From Gemmatimonadota bacterium (GTDB lineage Bacteria > Gemmatimonadota > Gemmatimonadetes > Longimicrobiales > Gaopeijiaceae): a stretch of DNA of 64,000 nucleotides. The position numbers were made by a program, and so were the translations under genes. Every line of letters starts with the position of its first letter. Positions within the stretch are counted from its first letter, which is position 1. The notes beneath the pieces are model-generated. The model did no database searches and was not told the origin of the DNA. It saw nothing but the letters and a program-made list of their open reading frames with translations. Below are positions 28,190-38,285 of this stretch, piece after piece. The stretch lies in NCBI GenBank assembly GCA_034521595.1, contig JAXHMG010000002.1, forward strand, positions 192,001 through 256,000. The letters run 5' to 3'.

Positions 28190-28415
28190 CGTGCTCTTCC
28201 GAGCTCGAAGGATGCCGCGGCCCGGATGCGCGTGGGTGCGTCCGCGGCGAAATAATCCACCTTCACCCCGGGAGTGGGGTCGGTCGATGGCATGGCGAGC
28301 CGGTGGCCGCCAGGCCCGCGACCCTCTATCTTCCCGAAGAAACCGCGAAAGCGCCAGCCCCCGTCTTCGGGCCCGTTGCCGCTCCGCATCCCACGCAGCC
28401 GATCCATCACGAACC

Positions 28416-29100
28416 GTGCACCCGAACCCGACGCTCCGCGAGCACGTCCATGCACTGGCGGAGAATCGTCCCGGCGTCTACCGGATGACGGCGCCCGACG
28501 GTCGACTCCTGTACGTCGGGAAGTCCGTACGGATTCGGAGCCGCCTCCTCTCCTACTTCACCGCGCCGCGCGGGGAAAAGGCATGGGAGCTGGTGCGCGA
28601 GATGCGGCAGATCCGTCGCGCCCAGCCGCGGTTCAACGTGCAACATCGGCGCAAGAAGATCTATGCTTTCGTGAAGATCACCCAGGAGTCGGCGCCGCGG
28701 CTCCTCCCGGTCTCCCGCATCGCGGCCGACGGCGCGAGCTATCTCGGCCCATTCCCCCGCATCGGAGCGGTGGCGCGAGCCGTGCGGGAGCTCGCGCACA
28801 CCCTGGGGCTCAGGGACTGTCCCGGCGACACGCCCGTCCGCTACCGAGACCAGCTCGAGCTCTTCCAGGGAGCCGGGTCCGTGCCGCGGTGCTTGCGTGC
28901 CGAGCTCCATACCTGCCTCGCGCCCTGTCGCGGCCGGCCCACGTTCGCCGAGTACCGGGATGCGGTCTCGCTTGCGGCGTTTCCGGGGCGAGCTCCCCTC
29001 GCCGAAGAGCGGGGTGGAGCGGGAGCGAGCCTCCGCCGCCGTCACCGAGGTCTACGGAGCGCCCGATCCCGGACCCGAAGCGCTCCCGACGGGGGCGGGC
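28416..29100 (+). pseudogene. UvrC/Cho-like GIY-YIG nuclease, internally deleted and frameshifted
   Basis: PGVYRM...LLYVGKS.RIRSRL.SYF, QPRFN and a Cys cluster (LRDC...CLR...CLAPC). The segment between the GIY-YIG helix and PRFN is abnormally short. Protein-like sequence switches frame near 28975, and there is no UVR domain. The 3' end is approximate. Confidence 0.6.
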
Positions 29101-29105
29101 GGCAC

Positions 29106-30404
29106 TCAGCGGCTGACGCGCGCGCAGGCCCGTACCATCCGCTCCACGCCCTCCGCCACCTCGCCCGCCGAGATCAAGAGGGACGGGCCGATGCGGATCA
29201 CGTTCCCGTGCAGGCCGCCGGCCCCCACGAGCAGCCCCTCCTCGCGCGCCGCGTCGACCAGGGCCGCGGTCCGATCGGGATCGGGATCTCGTGACTCGCG
29301 GTCGCGGACCACCTCCATCCCGACCATCAGGCCCTTGCCACGGACCTCTCCGATCCACGGATGCTCCGCACGGAGCGCCTCGAGTCCGCTCCAGAGCTCA
29401 CGGCCACGCGCTTCGGCATTCGTCGGGGCGTCGTGCTCGACCAGCACGTCGAGCGTCGCCGACAGCGCGGCCATGGCCACGGGATTGCCTCCGAACGTGG
29501 AAATCGTGTTGCCGGACCACGCCTGCGCGATCTCGTCCGTGGTGGTCGTCGAGCCCGCCGGAAATCCTCCCGCCAGGCCCTTGGCCATCACCAGGATGTC
29601 GGGGACGACCCCGTCGTGCTCGACGCCGAACCAGTGCGAGCCGGTCCGGCCGAGACCGGCCTGCACCTCGTCCGCGATGAAAAGCCCCCCGTAGGAACGG
29701 ACGAGCTCGGCCGCCCGTCTCAGGTAGCCCTGCGGGGGAACGATGTATCCGGATACGCCCTGGATCGTCTCGGCGAGCAGCGCCGCGGGCCGCCCGTCCG
29801 TCGTGGTCACGATGACCTCCTCGAGCTCCTCCACGAGACGATCCACGCACGTCTCGTCGCACGGACGCCGGAACGGGCAGCGGTACGGATACGGGGCGCG
29901 GGCGTGCACCACGCCGTTCGCCGGTGCCGGAAGCGACCGGAAGGTCGGGTGCGCCGTGAGTCCCATTCCGAGCGCGGAGCGCCCGTGATAGCCTCCCCGG
30001 AGCGCCACGACCTCACGGCGCCCGGTGACCGCCCGAGCCAGAAACACCGCCGTCTCGATCGCCTCGGTGCCGGAGTTCGTGAAGAACGTGCGTTCCAGCC
30101 CGCCCGGAGCCAGATCGGCCACCCGTCGGGCCGCTTCCACGTGGGGCTCGGTCTCGTACAGCGTGGACACGTGCCCGAGTCGGCGCGCCTGCCCCTCGAC
30201 GGCCTCGATGAGGCGGGGATGGCAGTGCCCCAGAGAGGTCGTGAGGATCCCCGCGTACAGGTCGAGGTACTCGCGCCCATCCGTGTCCCACACCCACACG
30301 CCCTCCCCCCGGTCGAGGGTGAGCGGCTCGGCGTACAGGTGACGCATCGAAGGCCAGAGGTACTTCGCGCGTCCCTCCCGGATCCGTTCCGTCGTTCTCG
30401 TCAT
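29106..30404 (-). CDS. Class III PLP-dependent aminotransferase (AGXT2/GabT-like)
   Basis: WDTDGREYLD, LGHCHP, FTNSGTEA, YHGRS, FIADEVQAGLGRTG, PDILVMAKG, STFGGNP, EVRGKGLM. Confidence 0.93.
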   Translation of the reverse strand: MTRTTERIREGRAKYLWPSMRHLYAEPLTLDRGEGVWVWDTDGREYLDLYAGILTTSLGHCHPRLIEAVEGQARRLGHVSTLYETEPHVEAARRVADLAPGGLERTFFTNSGTEAIETAVFLARAVTGRREVVALRGGYHGRSALGMGLTAHPTFRSLPAPANGVVHARAPYPYRCPFRRPCDETCVDRLVEELEEVIVTTTDGRPAALLAETIQGVSGYIVPPQGYLRRAAELVRSYGGLFIADEVQAGLGRTGSHWFGVEHDGVVPDILVMAKGLAGGFPAGSTTTTDEIAQAWSGNTISTFGGNPVAMAALSATLDVLVEHDAPTNAEARGRELWSGLEALRAEHPWIGEVRGKGLMVGMEVVRDRESRDPDPDRTAALVDAAREEGLLVGAGGLHGNVIRIGPSLLISAGEVAEGVERMVRACARVSR

Positions 30405-30429
30405 CCCTGGCCTCTCCCGACTCGCCCAC

Positions 30430-30888
30430 TCACAGCCCGGCCATCTCCTTCACCCGCTCGAACTCATCCGCTTCGACGGATTGCACGGAGAGCCGGCTGT
30501 AGCGCACCAGCTCCATGTCGGAGAGCCGCGGGTCGCCCTTGACGTCGGCCAGAGGCACGAAGTTGGGCGCCTTCGCCACGAACTCGATGTCCACCATGAA
30601 CCACCGCGGGTCGTCCTCGTCGGACTTCGGATCGTGGTAGGCGTGCTTCGGGTCGAACGCGAAATGGTCGGGGTACGCCTCTTTGCACACGCGGGCGAGT
30701 CCGGCCACCCCCGGAGGCTTGGCGTTGGAATGGTAGAAGAAGACTTCGTCTCCGACCTTCATCTTTTTCATGTTGTTGCGGGCCGCGTAGTTCCGCACTC
30801 CCTCCCAACACGTGGAGCCGTCGCGCTCCAGGTCGTCGATGGAATACACGTTCGGCTCCGACTTCATCAACCAGTACTGCTTCGCCAC
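30430..30888 (-). CDS. EVE domain protein
   Basis: YWLMKSEP, WEGVRNYAARN, FFYHSN, PRWFMVD, RLSVQ. Confidence 0.95.
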   Translation of the reverse strand: MAKQYWLMKSEPNVYSIDDLERDGSTCWEGVRNYAARNNMKKMKVGDEVFFYHSNAKPPGVAGLARVCKEAYPDHFAFDPKHAYHDPKSDEDDPRWFMVDIEFVAKAPNFVPLADVKGDPRLSDMELVRYSRLSVQSVEADEFERVKEMAGL

Positions 30889-31033
30889 GCTCCAACCTCC
30901 CGCATCCAGGGATCGCTTCCGTCACGACGCCCCCGATTACTCGAGCGCGTCGAGGCTGCCCAACGCCGCGTCGAGCGCGACGGAGCCCACCCAGACCGCC
31001 GCGGCCCTGGTCCACCGCGACCCGACCGGGCGA

Positions 31034-31223
31034 GGCCCGGAGGAACACGCTCCCGGAGAAGCGAGCGCCGCGCCCACGAATGGCCCGGGCCCACCCGGCT
31101 GACTCAACCCACCGCGCCTCCCCCGGGCCGCCCCACGACGCCCCGGCAGAACACGACGACCACGTAGCCCGACGACAACCCCCGCCGTCGCGCGAGCGCC
31201 GAGGGAGCGTGTTCCTCCGGGCC
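31034..31223. repeat. 21-bp perfect inverted repeat pair bounding 190 bp
   Basis: 31034-31054 ggcccggaggaacacgctccc is the exact reverse complement of 31203-31223 gggagcgtgttcctccgggcc. Confidence 0.75.
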
Positions 31224-31241
31224 ACCACCAAACCGGTAGGG

Positions 31242-32654
31242 TCAGACCCGCGCCGGCCCGATATCCACTTCGATATCCCGCCACCGCTCCCGCCGGAACA
31301 CCACCACGCTGAGCACGGCTCGCGAGCAGTGCCCCAGGACGATCGCCAGCCAGATGTGGTGGGCCTCCAGGGTACCGAAGCTCTGGATGGAGAAGCACAT
31401 GCCCAGGGGAAGGACGACCTGCGACAAGATGGAGATGTACATCGGACTCCTGGTGTCGCCCGTGCCCTGCAGCCCGCCCGTGTACGCGAGCGCCACGGTG
31501 ATGAAGAGTCCGGACACCGCGAGGTACCGGAGCAGCTCGACGCTGAGCGCGAGGACCACCTCGTCCTCCATGCCGAAGATGCTCAGCAGGACCTCGGGCA
31601 CCAACACGAAAGCCATGCCGATCGCGGCGGCGAGCATCAGCCCGAAGCCGGCCGCGGTCTGAACCGCGCGGCTGGCCCGCGCCGGCTGTCTCGCTCCCAG
31701 GTTCTGGCCGGCCACCGCCGCGGTGGCTCCCATGATCCCCACGGAGGTCCACGTGATGAAGGAGAAGAGCTGCGTGTAGCTCACCACGTACGCGGCCTGG
31801 GCCTGCGCGCTCACGGCGAGCGAGCCGACGAAGGCGAGAAGAAACACGCCGCCGATGTTCATCGCGACGCCCTGGATGCCGGTCGGAAGGCCGAACCGGA
31901 AGATCTCCCGGATGATGGCCCAGTCGGGACGGAGCCCCATGTCCCGGTGAAAGGCCACGACCCAACGCCCTTCGACGAGCCGCACGAAGGCGTATACCGT
32001 GACGAGCGCGGCCGAGAGCACCGTCCCGAGCGCAGCGCCCGTGGTCCCGAACGCGGGTATCGGTCCGAGCCCACGGATCAGGACCACGTTGAGCACGATG
32101 TTGAGCGCCGTGAGCACGACACCGAGACGGAGCGGCGTCCGGGCGTCGCCCGCGGAGCGGAGCGCCCCTCCGAGCATGAAGAACATCAACATGCCGAAGG
32201 AGAAGACGAACATGATCCTCAGGTAGGGGAGCGCTTCGGCCCGCACCTCGGGGGCGGCATTCACGAGCTCGAGCAACACGGGGGCCGCGAAATACCCGAC
32301 GGGGGCCAACACACCCACGACCAGGATCACGGAGGTGAGGAAGGCCTGGTAGACGGTGCAGTTCACCTTCTCCGGCTCGTCCGCGCCGGCGAACCGCGCC
32401 ACGAGCACGCCCATACCGGTGAAGAGTGAGCTGATGAAGACGATCACCACCACCCAGATCTGCCACGAGACGCCGATGGCCGCGTTACCGGTGTAGCCCA
32501 CGTAATGCCCGACCATCGCGTGATCGACGAGGCCCTGCATACCGCCGATGATGTTCTGGAGCATGGTCGGCCACGCCAGCTTCCAGACCGCGCCCTTGAT
32601 GGGCCCTTCGACGATGGACCGATCGAATCGCCTGGCCGGGGGCGGGATCCTCAC
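31242..32654 (-). CDS. MATE family efflux transporter
   Basis: KLAWP...VDHAMVG, LRSAGDARTPL, GAALGT, VAGQNLGA, LQGTGDTRSP; about 12 TM segments. Confidence 0.93.
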   Translation of the reverse strand: MRIPPPARRFDRSIVEGPIKGAVWKLAWPTMLQNIIGGMQGLVDHAMVGHYVGYTGNAAIGVSWQIWVVVIVFISSLFTGMGVLVARFAGADEPEKVNCTVYQAFLTSVILVVGVLAPVGYFAAPVLLELVNAAPEVRAEALPYLRIMFVFSFGMLMFFMLGGALRSAGDARTPLRLGVVLTALNIVLNVVLIRGLGPIPAFGTTGAALGTVLSAALVTVYAFVRLVEGRWVVAFHRDMGLRPDWAIIREIFRFGLPTGIQGVAMNIGGVFLLAFVGSLAVSAQAQAAYVVSYTQLFSFITWTSVGIMGATAAVAGQNLGARQPARASRAVQTAAGFGLMLAAAIGMAFVLVPEVLLSIFGMEDEVVLALSVELLRYLAVSGLFITVALAYTGGLQGTGDTRSPMYISILSQVVLPLGMCFSIQSFGTLEAHHIWLAIVLGHCSRAVLSVVVFRRERWRDIEVDIGPARV

Positions 32655-32785
32655 CGGAGGGCCCCGTCACGGACAGGCTGGATACAGTAAGCGTCCACGG
32701 ATGAAAGCACGGGTGGTGAGGCGAGGGATGGCCGGCATCGGCCCGGAAGCTAATCGCTATCCGGCGACCACCGCTATCGAATTGG

Positions 32786-32821
32786 CCAGGGGCCGGCCCG
32801 AGCGCTCGGGCCGGCCCCTGG
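32786..32821. terminator. 36-bp perfect palindrome downstream of pckA (probable terminator hairpin)
   Basis: ccaggggccggcccgagc-gctcgggccggcccctgg, about 40 nt after the pckA stop. No clear U tract. Confidence 0.55.
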
Positions 32822-32861
32822 ATCCGTCATCGGGTTTCGGACGTTGGCAACCCGCTGAGGG

Positions 32862-34481
32862 TCAGCGCGGTCCCGCGCGCTTCACCTCGCCCCCGACCTG
32901 ATCCTCGAACTGGGCGAAGTTCTCCTTGAACATGCTCGCGAGCTCCGCGGCCGCGGCGTCGTATTCGCTGCCGTTCTCCCAGGTCTCGCGCGGCTGGAGA
33001 ACGTTGGACGGCACATGCGGCACCGCGGTCGGCACCGAAAGACCGAACACCGGATCCTCCGTGAAATCGGCGTGCTCGAGCGATCCATCCAGGGCGGCGG
33101 TCACCATCGCGCGAGTATACCAGAGCTTCATGCGCCTGCCCACGCCGTATCCACCGCCGGACCAGCCGGTGTTCACGAGCCAGACGTTCGCGCCGCTTTC
33201 CCGGAGTCGCTCGCCGAGCATCGCGGCGTACACGCCGGGCTCGCGCGGAAGGAACGGCGCTCCGAAACAGGCGCTGAACGTCGCCTTGGGCTCGGTGACA
33301 CCTCGCTCCGTGCCGGCGACCTTCGCCGTGTACCCGGACAGGAAATGGTACATCGCCTGTTCGGGGGTGAGTCGGGAGATCGGAGGAAGCACGCCGAACG
33401 CGTCCGCGGTCAGGAACAGAACGTTCCGGGGGTGGCCTCCGCGCCCCGGAATGACGGCGTTCGGGATGTAGTGAATCGGGTACGAGGCCCGCGTGTTCTC
33501 GGTAATCGAGCCGTCGTCGAAGTCGATCTCGTGGGTGCCCTCGTCGAGCACGACGTTCTCGAGGACGGTCCCGAACATCTGCGTCGTCTGGTAGATCTCC
33601 GGCTCGCCCTCGCGGGAGAGGTTGATCGCCTTCGCGTAGCAGCCGCCTTCGAAGTTGAAGACCCCACGGGAGCTCCAACCGTGCTCGTCGTCTCCGATCA
33701 AGCCCCGGCTCGGGTCGGCGGAGAGGGTCGTCTTTCCGGTGCCCGACAGGCCGAAGAAGAGCGCCACGTCCCCGTCGTCGCCCACGTTCGCGGAGCAGTG
33801 CATCGGAAACACGCCGCGCTCCGGCAGCATGTGGTTGAGCACGGAAAAGATCGACTTCTTGATCTCTCCGGCGTAACGCGTGCCGGCGATGAGTACCTCA
33901 CGGGTCGTGAAATTCACCACGATGGCCGTGCTGGACCGCGTACCGTGCCGCTCGGGATCGGCTTCGAGGTGGGGTGCGTGCAGCACCGTGAAACCGGGCT
34001 CGAATCCCGCCATCTCGTCCGCACCCAGGCGGAGAAACATGTTGTACGCGAAGAGTGAGTGCCACGGGCTCTCACTCACCACACGAACGTCGATGCCGTA
34101 CTTCTCGTCGGCGCCGGCACGCGCATCGCGCACGAAGAGGTCGCGCCCCTGAAGGTGTGCGATCACGTCCTCGCGAAGGGCGTCGAACTGCTCCGGCGCG
34201 AGCGGAACGTTGACGTCACCCCAGTCGACCGCCTCCTCGGTGTTCGCGTCCCGGACAATGAATCGATCGTTCGGGGAACGTCCGGTATGCGGAGCCGTCA
34301 CGGTGGCGATCGCGCCCATATGCGCGATCCGGCCGTCCTCCCGCCGAAGGGACTCCTCGTAGAGTCGCGCGGGAGAGAGGTTCCAGTATACCTCGCCCGT
34401 CGGCTCGAGGCCGTGACGCTTCAGGTCGTAACCTCCACGGCCCGTCGGGGCGACGGGATGCTCGATGGTCCGGGTCGTCAT
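32862..34481 (-). CDS. pckA: Phosphoenolpyruvate carboxykinase (ATP)
   Basis: TGRSPNDRF, YAGEIKKS, MHCSAN, FFGLSGTGKTTLSAD, IGDDEHGW, NFEGGCYAK, ENTRASYP. Confidence 0.97.
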   Translation of the reverse strand: MTTRTIEHPVAPTGRGGYDLKRHGLEPTGEVYWNLSPARLYEESLRREDGRIAHMGAIATVTAPHTGRSPNDRFIVRDANTEEAVDWGDVNVPLAPEQFDALREDVIAHLQGRDLFVRDARAGADEKYGIDVRVVSESPWHSLFAYNMFLRLGADEMAGFEPGFTVLHAPHLEADPERHGTRSSTAIVVNFTTREVLIAGTRYAGEIKKSIFSVLNHMLPERGVFPMHCSANVGDDGDVALFFGLSGTGKTTLSADPSRGLIGDDEHGWSSRGVFNFEGGCYAKAINLSREGEPEIYQTTQMFGTVLENVVLDEGTHEIDFDDGSITENTRASYPIHYIPNAVIPGRGGHPRNVLFLTADAFGVLPPISRLTPEQAMYHFLSGYTAKVAGTERGVTEPKATFSACFGAPFLPREPGVYAAMLGERLRESGANVWLVNTGWSGGGYGVGRRMKLWYTRAMVTAALDGSLEHADFTEDPVFGLSVPTAVPHVPSNVLQPRETWENGSEYDAAAAELASMFKENFAQFEDQVGGEVKRAGPR

Positions 34482-34607
34482 GTATGCTCTCCTGAGAGCT
34501 GTATCCGGCTCCACCGCTCACGACTTGTCCCCAAGCCCAGCAGCCACCGGATGTTCATGGTCCGCATAACGAAAGCACCGGTCGGGGGGAGGCCGACCAG
34601 AAAGGCA

Positions 34608-36881
34608 TTAAACTTGGCCATTTCTCCCCTGCCAGTCCACCGCGGCCACCGTCGCCAGGTTCATGACGTCCTGCACGGAGCAGCCCCGCTGCAGGATGTG
34701 GACGGGCCGGTCCATCCCGAGCAACACCGGCCCGATCACGTCCGCCCCACCGAGCTTGTCCAGGAGCTTGTAGGCGGCGTTCGCGGCCGAAAGGCGTGAG
34801 AACACGAGCACGTTGGCGGGTCCCTGCAGGTTGCTGAACGGATAGATGTGGCGGAGCTTCACGGCATCGACCGCCGTATCCGCCTGCATCTCCCCGTCGA
34901 TCTCGAGGTCGGGCTCGGCGGCCCGAACCAACTCCACGGCCCGTGCCACCCGGGTCGCCTCGTCGTGCGTGGACGATCCGAAGTTGGAGAACGAGACCAT
35001 GGCGACCCGGGGCGTGATGCCGAGCTCCCGCACGAACTTCGCCGTCTGGAGCGCGATCTCGGCCAGCACCCGCTCGTCCGGCTCGATGTTGACCGTGGTG
35101 TCCGCGAAGAAGACGAGCTCCCGGTTCGGGAAGGCGAGCATGTAGAGCCCCGCGACCAGGCCACCCCCGCCCTCCTCGGGCCCGATGACCTGGAGGCACG
35201 GCCGGAGCACTTCCGCGTAGTTCGCTTCGATTCCGGCGACCAACGCATCGGCCTTTCCGTGCCGGAGCATGCTCGCCGCGAAATAGATCGGCTTTTGCAG
35301 GTTCCACTGCGCCTCCGCGAGGGTGAGCCCCCGGCGCCCGCGCAACCTGAAGAGCTCGGCCGCGTACCGGTGCCCCTCTTCCTCGAGGGTCGCGGCGTGC
35401 AGGATCTCCACGCCGTGCAGGTTCACCCCGAGCGCTTCGGCCTTCTCGGCGACCCGCGGCGCGCGCCCCATCAGCACCGGGTGGACCGTCCCCTCCTCGA
35501 CGAGCTGGGCGGCCGCGCGGATGACCGTGTCGTTGTGGCCTTCCGGAAATACGACGCGAGCCGGCTTGCGCCGCGCGCGGTTCGTCATCCACCGCATGAC
35601 CTCCCGGCCCGGTCCGAGACTCGCCCGCAGGCGATCCCGGTACTCGTCCGGATCGAGCTCGGTGCGCGCGAGCCCGCTTTCCATGGCCGCCTCCGCCACC
35701 GCCGGAGCAACGTGGAAGAGCACGCGGTGATCGAACGGCTTCGGAATCAGGTAGTCCCGCCCGAAGGCGATCTCGGAGCCGTCGTACGCGCCCCGCACCG
35801 TGTCCGGCACCTCGGCCCGGGCCAGGTCGGCGAGCGCGTGGGTCGCGGCGAGCATCATGTGATCGTCGACGCCCCGGGCCCGCACGTCCAACGCGCCCCG
35901 GAAGATGAAGGGGAAGCCGAGCACGTTGTTGACCTGGTTCGGGTAGTCCGAGCGCCCGGTCGCCATGATCGCGTCGTCCCGGACTTCGGCCACTTCTTCC
36001 GGCAGAACCTCCGGGTCCGGGTTGGCCAGCGCGAAGATGATGGGATCCTTCGCCATGGACGCGACCATCTCGCTCGTCACGACCCCCCGGATCGACAGCC
36101 CGACGAAGACGTCGGCTCCATCCATGGCATCGGCCAAGGTGCGGCGGTCGGACTTCACGGCGAAGGGAAGCTTGTACTCGTTCATCCCCTCCTCGCGACC
36201 CTCGTAGATGACGCCCTTCGAGTCGACGATGAGGATATGCTCGGGTGAAACTCCGAGCCGGCGGAAGTGCTCGGCCGTCGAGAGAGCGGAGGCGCCGGCC
36301 CCGCTGAACACGACGGAAACGCTCCCGATGTCCTTTCCCGTGACCTCGAGCGCGTTCACCAACGCCGCACCGGCGATGATCGCCGTGCCGTGCTGATCGT
36401 CGTGGAAGACCGGAATGTCGAGGGATTCCTTCAGCCGACGCTCGATCACGAAGCAGTCCGGCGCGGAGATATCCTCGAGGTTGATCCCTCCGACGGTCGG
36501 CTCCAGGAGCTCACAGAACCGGATCACCTCCTCCGGATCTTCGGAATCGACTTCGATGTCGAACACGTCGACCCCGGCGAACCGCTTGAAGAGGACCCCC
36601 TTCCCCTCCATGACCGGCTTGGCGGCCGAGGGCCCGATGTTGCCGAGCCCCAGCACCGCGGTTCCGTTCGAGACGACGGCCACGAGGTTGCCCCTCGCCG
36701 TGTAGCGGAACACGTTTTGCGGATCTTCGTGAATCGCGCGACAGGGCTCGGCCACTCCCGGCGAGTAGGCAAGGGAAAGGTCACGCTGGGTCGCCACGGG
36801 CTTCGTCGCGACGACTTCGATCTTTCCCGGACGGGGTTGCTCGTGGTATTCCAGGGCTTCCGTGCGCCGGTCGGGCATCAA
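34608..36881 (-). CDS. maeB: NADP-dependent malic enzyme with C-terminal phosphotransacetylase-like domain
   Basis: [52 protein letters not shown], then a PTA-like domain (SFSNFGS, DGEMQAD). Confidence 0.96.
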   Translation of the reverse strand: MMPDRRTEALEYHEQPRPGKIEVVATKPVATQRDLSLAYSPGVAEPCRAIHEDPQNVFRYTARGNLVAVVSNGTAVLGLGNIGPSAAKPVMEGKGVLFKRFAGVDVFDIEVDSEDPEEVIRFCELLEPTVGGINLEDISAPDCFVIERRLKESLDIPVFHDDQHGTAIIAGAALVNALEVTGKDIGSVSVVFSGAGASALSTAEHFRRLGVSPEHILIVDSKGVIYEGREEGMNEYKLPFAVKSDRRTLADAMDGADVFVGLSIRGVVTSEMVASMAKDPIIFALANPDPEVLPEEVAEVRDDAIMATGRSDYPNQVNNVLGFPFIFRGALDVRARGVDDHMMLAATHALADLARAEVPDTVRGAYDGSEIAFGRDYLIPKPFDHRVLFHVAPAVAEAAMESGLARTELDPDEYRDRLRASLGPGREVMRWMTNRARRKPARVVFPEGHNDTVIRAAAQLVEEGTVHPVLMGRAPRVAEKAEALGVNLHGVEILHAATLEEEGHRYAAELFRLRGRRGLTLAEAQWNLQKPIYFAASMLRHGKADALVAGIEANYAEVLRPCLQVIGPEEGGGGLVAGLYMLAFPNRELVFFADTTVNIEPDERVLAEIALQTAKFVRELGITPRVAMVSFSNFGSSTHDEATRVARAVELVRAAEPDLEIDGEMQADTAVDAVKLRHIYPFSNLQGPANVLVFSRLSAANAAYKLLDKLGGADVIGPVLLGMDRPVHILQRGCSVQDVMNLATVAAVDWQGRNGQV

Positions 36882-36925
36882 TGAGCGACTCCGCTAACAT
36901 TCGTCGATGAAGAAAGAAGAGAGGG

Positions 36926-36954
36926 AGCTTGACCCCGGGCGACCCCGGAATCAA
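36926..36954 (-). promoter_or_regulatory. Putative promoter for maeB-pckA
   Basis: Minus strand TTGATT, 17-nt spacer, CAAGCT, in the divergent maeB/fabF gap. Confidence 0.35.
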
Positions 36955-36962
36955 GGGAATCC

Positions 36963-38267
36963 ATGCCAGCGAGGTCCCATGAAGCGCGTAGAGACGGGAA
37001 TCCGGATTTGAGTGCCTCTGCGCGCCACGTCGTCGTCACCGGTCTCGGCCCGGTCACCGCGGTCGGCTCCGGCGTCCCGGCGCTCGAGGAGGGTCTTCGG
37101 GCGGCACGCTCGCCGATCCGGGCTGCGAGCACGTTCGACGTGGCGGCCTTTCGGAGTCGCATGGCCGCCGAGCTCCGCGACTTCGACGCAACCGCGTACC
37201 TCGATGCCAAGCAGGCGCGGAGGCTCGACCGGTTCGTCCAGCTCACCCTCGCATCGGCACACCTGGCCGTGGACGATGCCGGCGTGAGCCGAGACATGCT
37301 GGCCGGTGCCCGCACGGCGGTGATGATGGGCTCGGCGATGGGCGGCATCGCCCACGCGGAGACCCAGCTTCGGGCGTTCATCTCCGACGGAGCCCGCGCC
37401 ATCGACCCGCGCATCGCGACGACCACGTTCGCCGGCGCCGCGAGCTGCCACATCGCCATCGAGTACGGGATCACGGGCCCCAACGCCACGAACGCCATGA
37501 GCTGTGCGGCGGGAACCATGGCCATAGGGGAAGCGGCGCGCCTCATTCGCACGGGCGAAGTCGACGTGGCGTTGGCGGGCGGAGCCGACGCGCCCCTCGC
37601 GCCCGTGTGCTACGGGGCGTTCGCGTCGATGCGGGCCATGAGCAAGCGGAACGACGAACCCGAACGGGCCTGCCGGCCCTTCGACCGGGACCGTGACGGG
37701 TTCGTCATGGGCGAAGGCGCCTGCGTGCTCGTGCTCGAGGAGGCCGAGCACGCCCGTGCGCGAGGAGCCCACGTCTACGCGGAGATCGGGGGGTACGCGA
37801 GCAACAACGACGCATATCACATGGCCGCCCCCCTCCCGGACGGCTCCCGCGCCGCCGCCTGCATGAGCGCGACGATCGAGGCCGGGGGGCTCACCCCCGG
37901 TGACATCGACCACGTCAACGCGCACGGCTCCTCCACCCCGCTCAACGATTCCACGGAGAGCAGCGCCGTCCGCCAAGCGTTGGGTCCTCGTGCCGACCAC
38001 GTCTCGGTAACGGCCACGAAGCCCTATCACGGCCACGCGCTCGGCGCGTCCGGCGCCATCGAAGCGGCCATCGCGTGCCTGTCGATACGAGATGGCTGGG
38101 TCCCGCCGGTGCTCAACCTCGAGCAACCAGGAGAGGACTGCGACCTCGACTACGTGACGGATCCTGCCGGCCGTGACCAGCCCGTACGGGCGGTGCTTTC
38201 GAACTCGTTCGGGTTCGGAGGAATCAACGCGGTGCTCCTTCTCGTCGCGCCCGACCAGGCCGGCTGA
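36963..38267 (+). CDS. fabF: 3-oxoacyl-ACP synthase II
   Basis: VVVTGLG, catalytic Cys (MSCAAG), RPFDRDRDGFVMGEGA, NAHGSST, KPYHGHALGA, NSFGFGG. The real start may be TTG 37008. Confidence 0.88.
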   Translation: MPARSHEARRDGNPDLSASARHVVVTGLGPVTAVGSGVPALEEGLRAARSPIRAASTFDVAAFRSRMAAELRDFDATAYLDAKQARRLDRFVQLTLASAHLAVDDAGVSRDMLAGARTAVMMGSAMGGIAHAETQLRAFISDGARAIDPRIATTTFAGAASCHIAIEYGITGPNATNAMSCAAGTMAIGEAARLIRTGEVDVALAGGADAPLAPVCYGAFASMRAMSKRNDEPERACRPFDRDRDGFVMGEGACVLVLEEAEHARARGAHVYAEIGGYASNNDAYHMAAPLPDGSRAAACMSATIEAGGLTPGDIDHVNAHGSSTPLNDSTESSAVRQALGPRADHVSVTATKPYHGHALGASGAIEAAIACLSIRDGWVPPVLNLEQPGEDCDLDYVTDPAGRDQPVRAVLSNSFGFGGINAVLLLVAPDQAG

Positions 38268-38285
38268 GCGGAGCGACCCCAACCC

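Noticed and set aside
28186-28293. 35-aa ORF whose stop overlaps the HD gene start (ATGA)
   Set aside because: No RBS or recognisable motif; any ATG followed by A creates such an overlap by chance.
26876-30888. HD dNTPase + GIY-YIG + EVE as an anti-phage defence island
   Set aside because: Orientations are mixed, a metabolic aminotransferase interrupts them, base composition matches the rest, the GIY-YIG is a broken UvrC-like gene, and stand-alone EVE and HD genes are common housekeeping genes.
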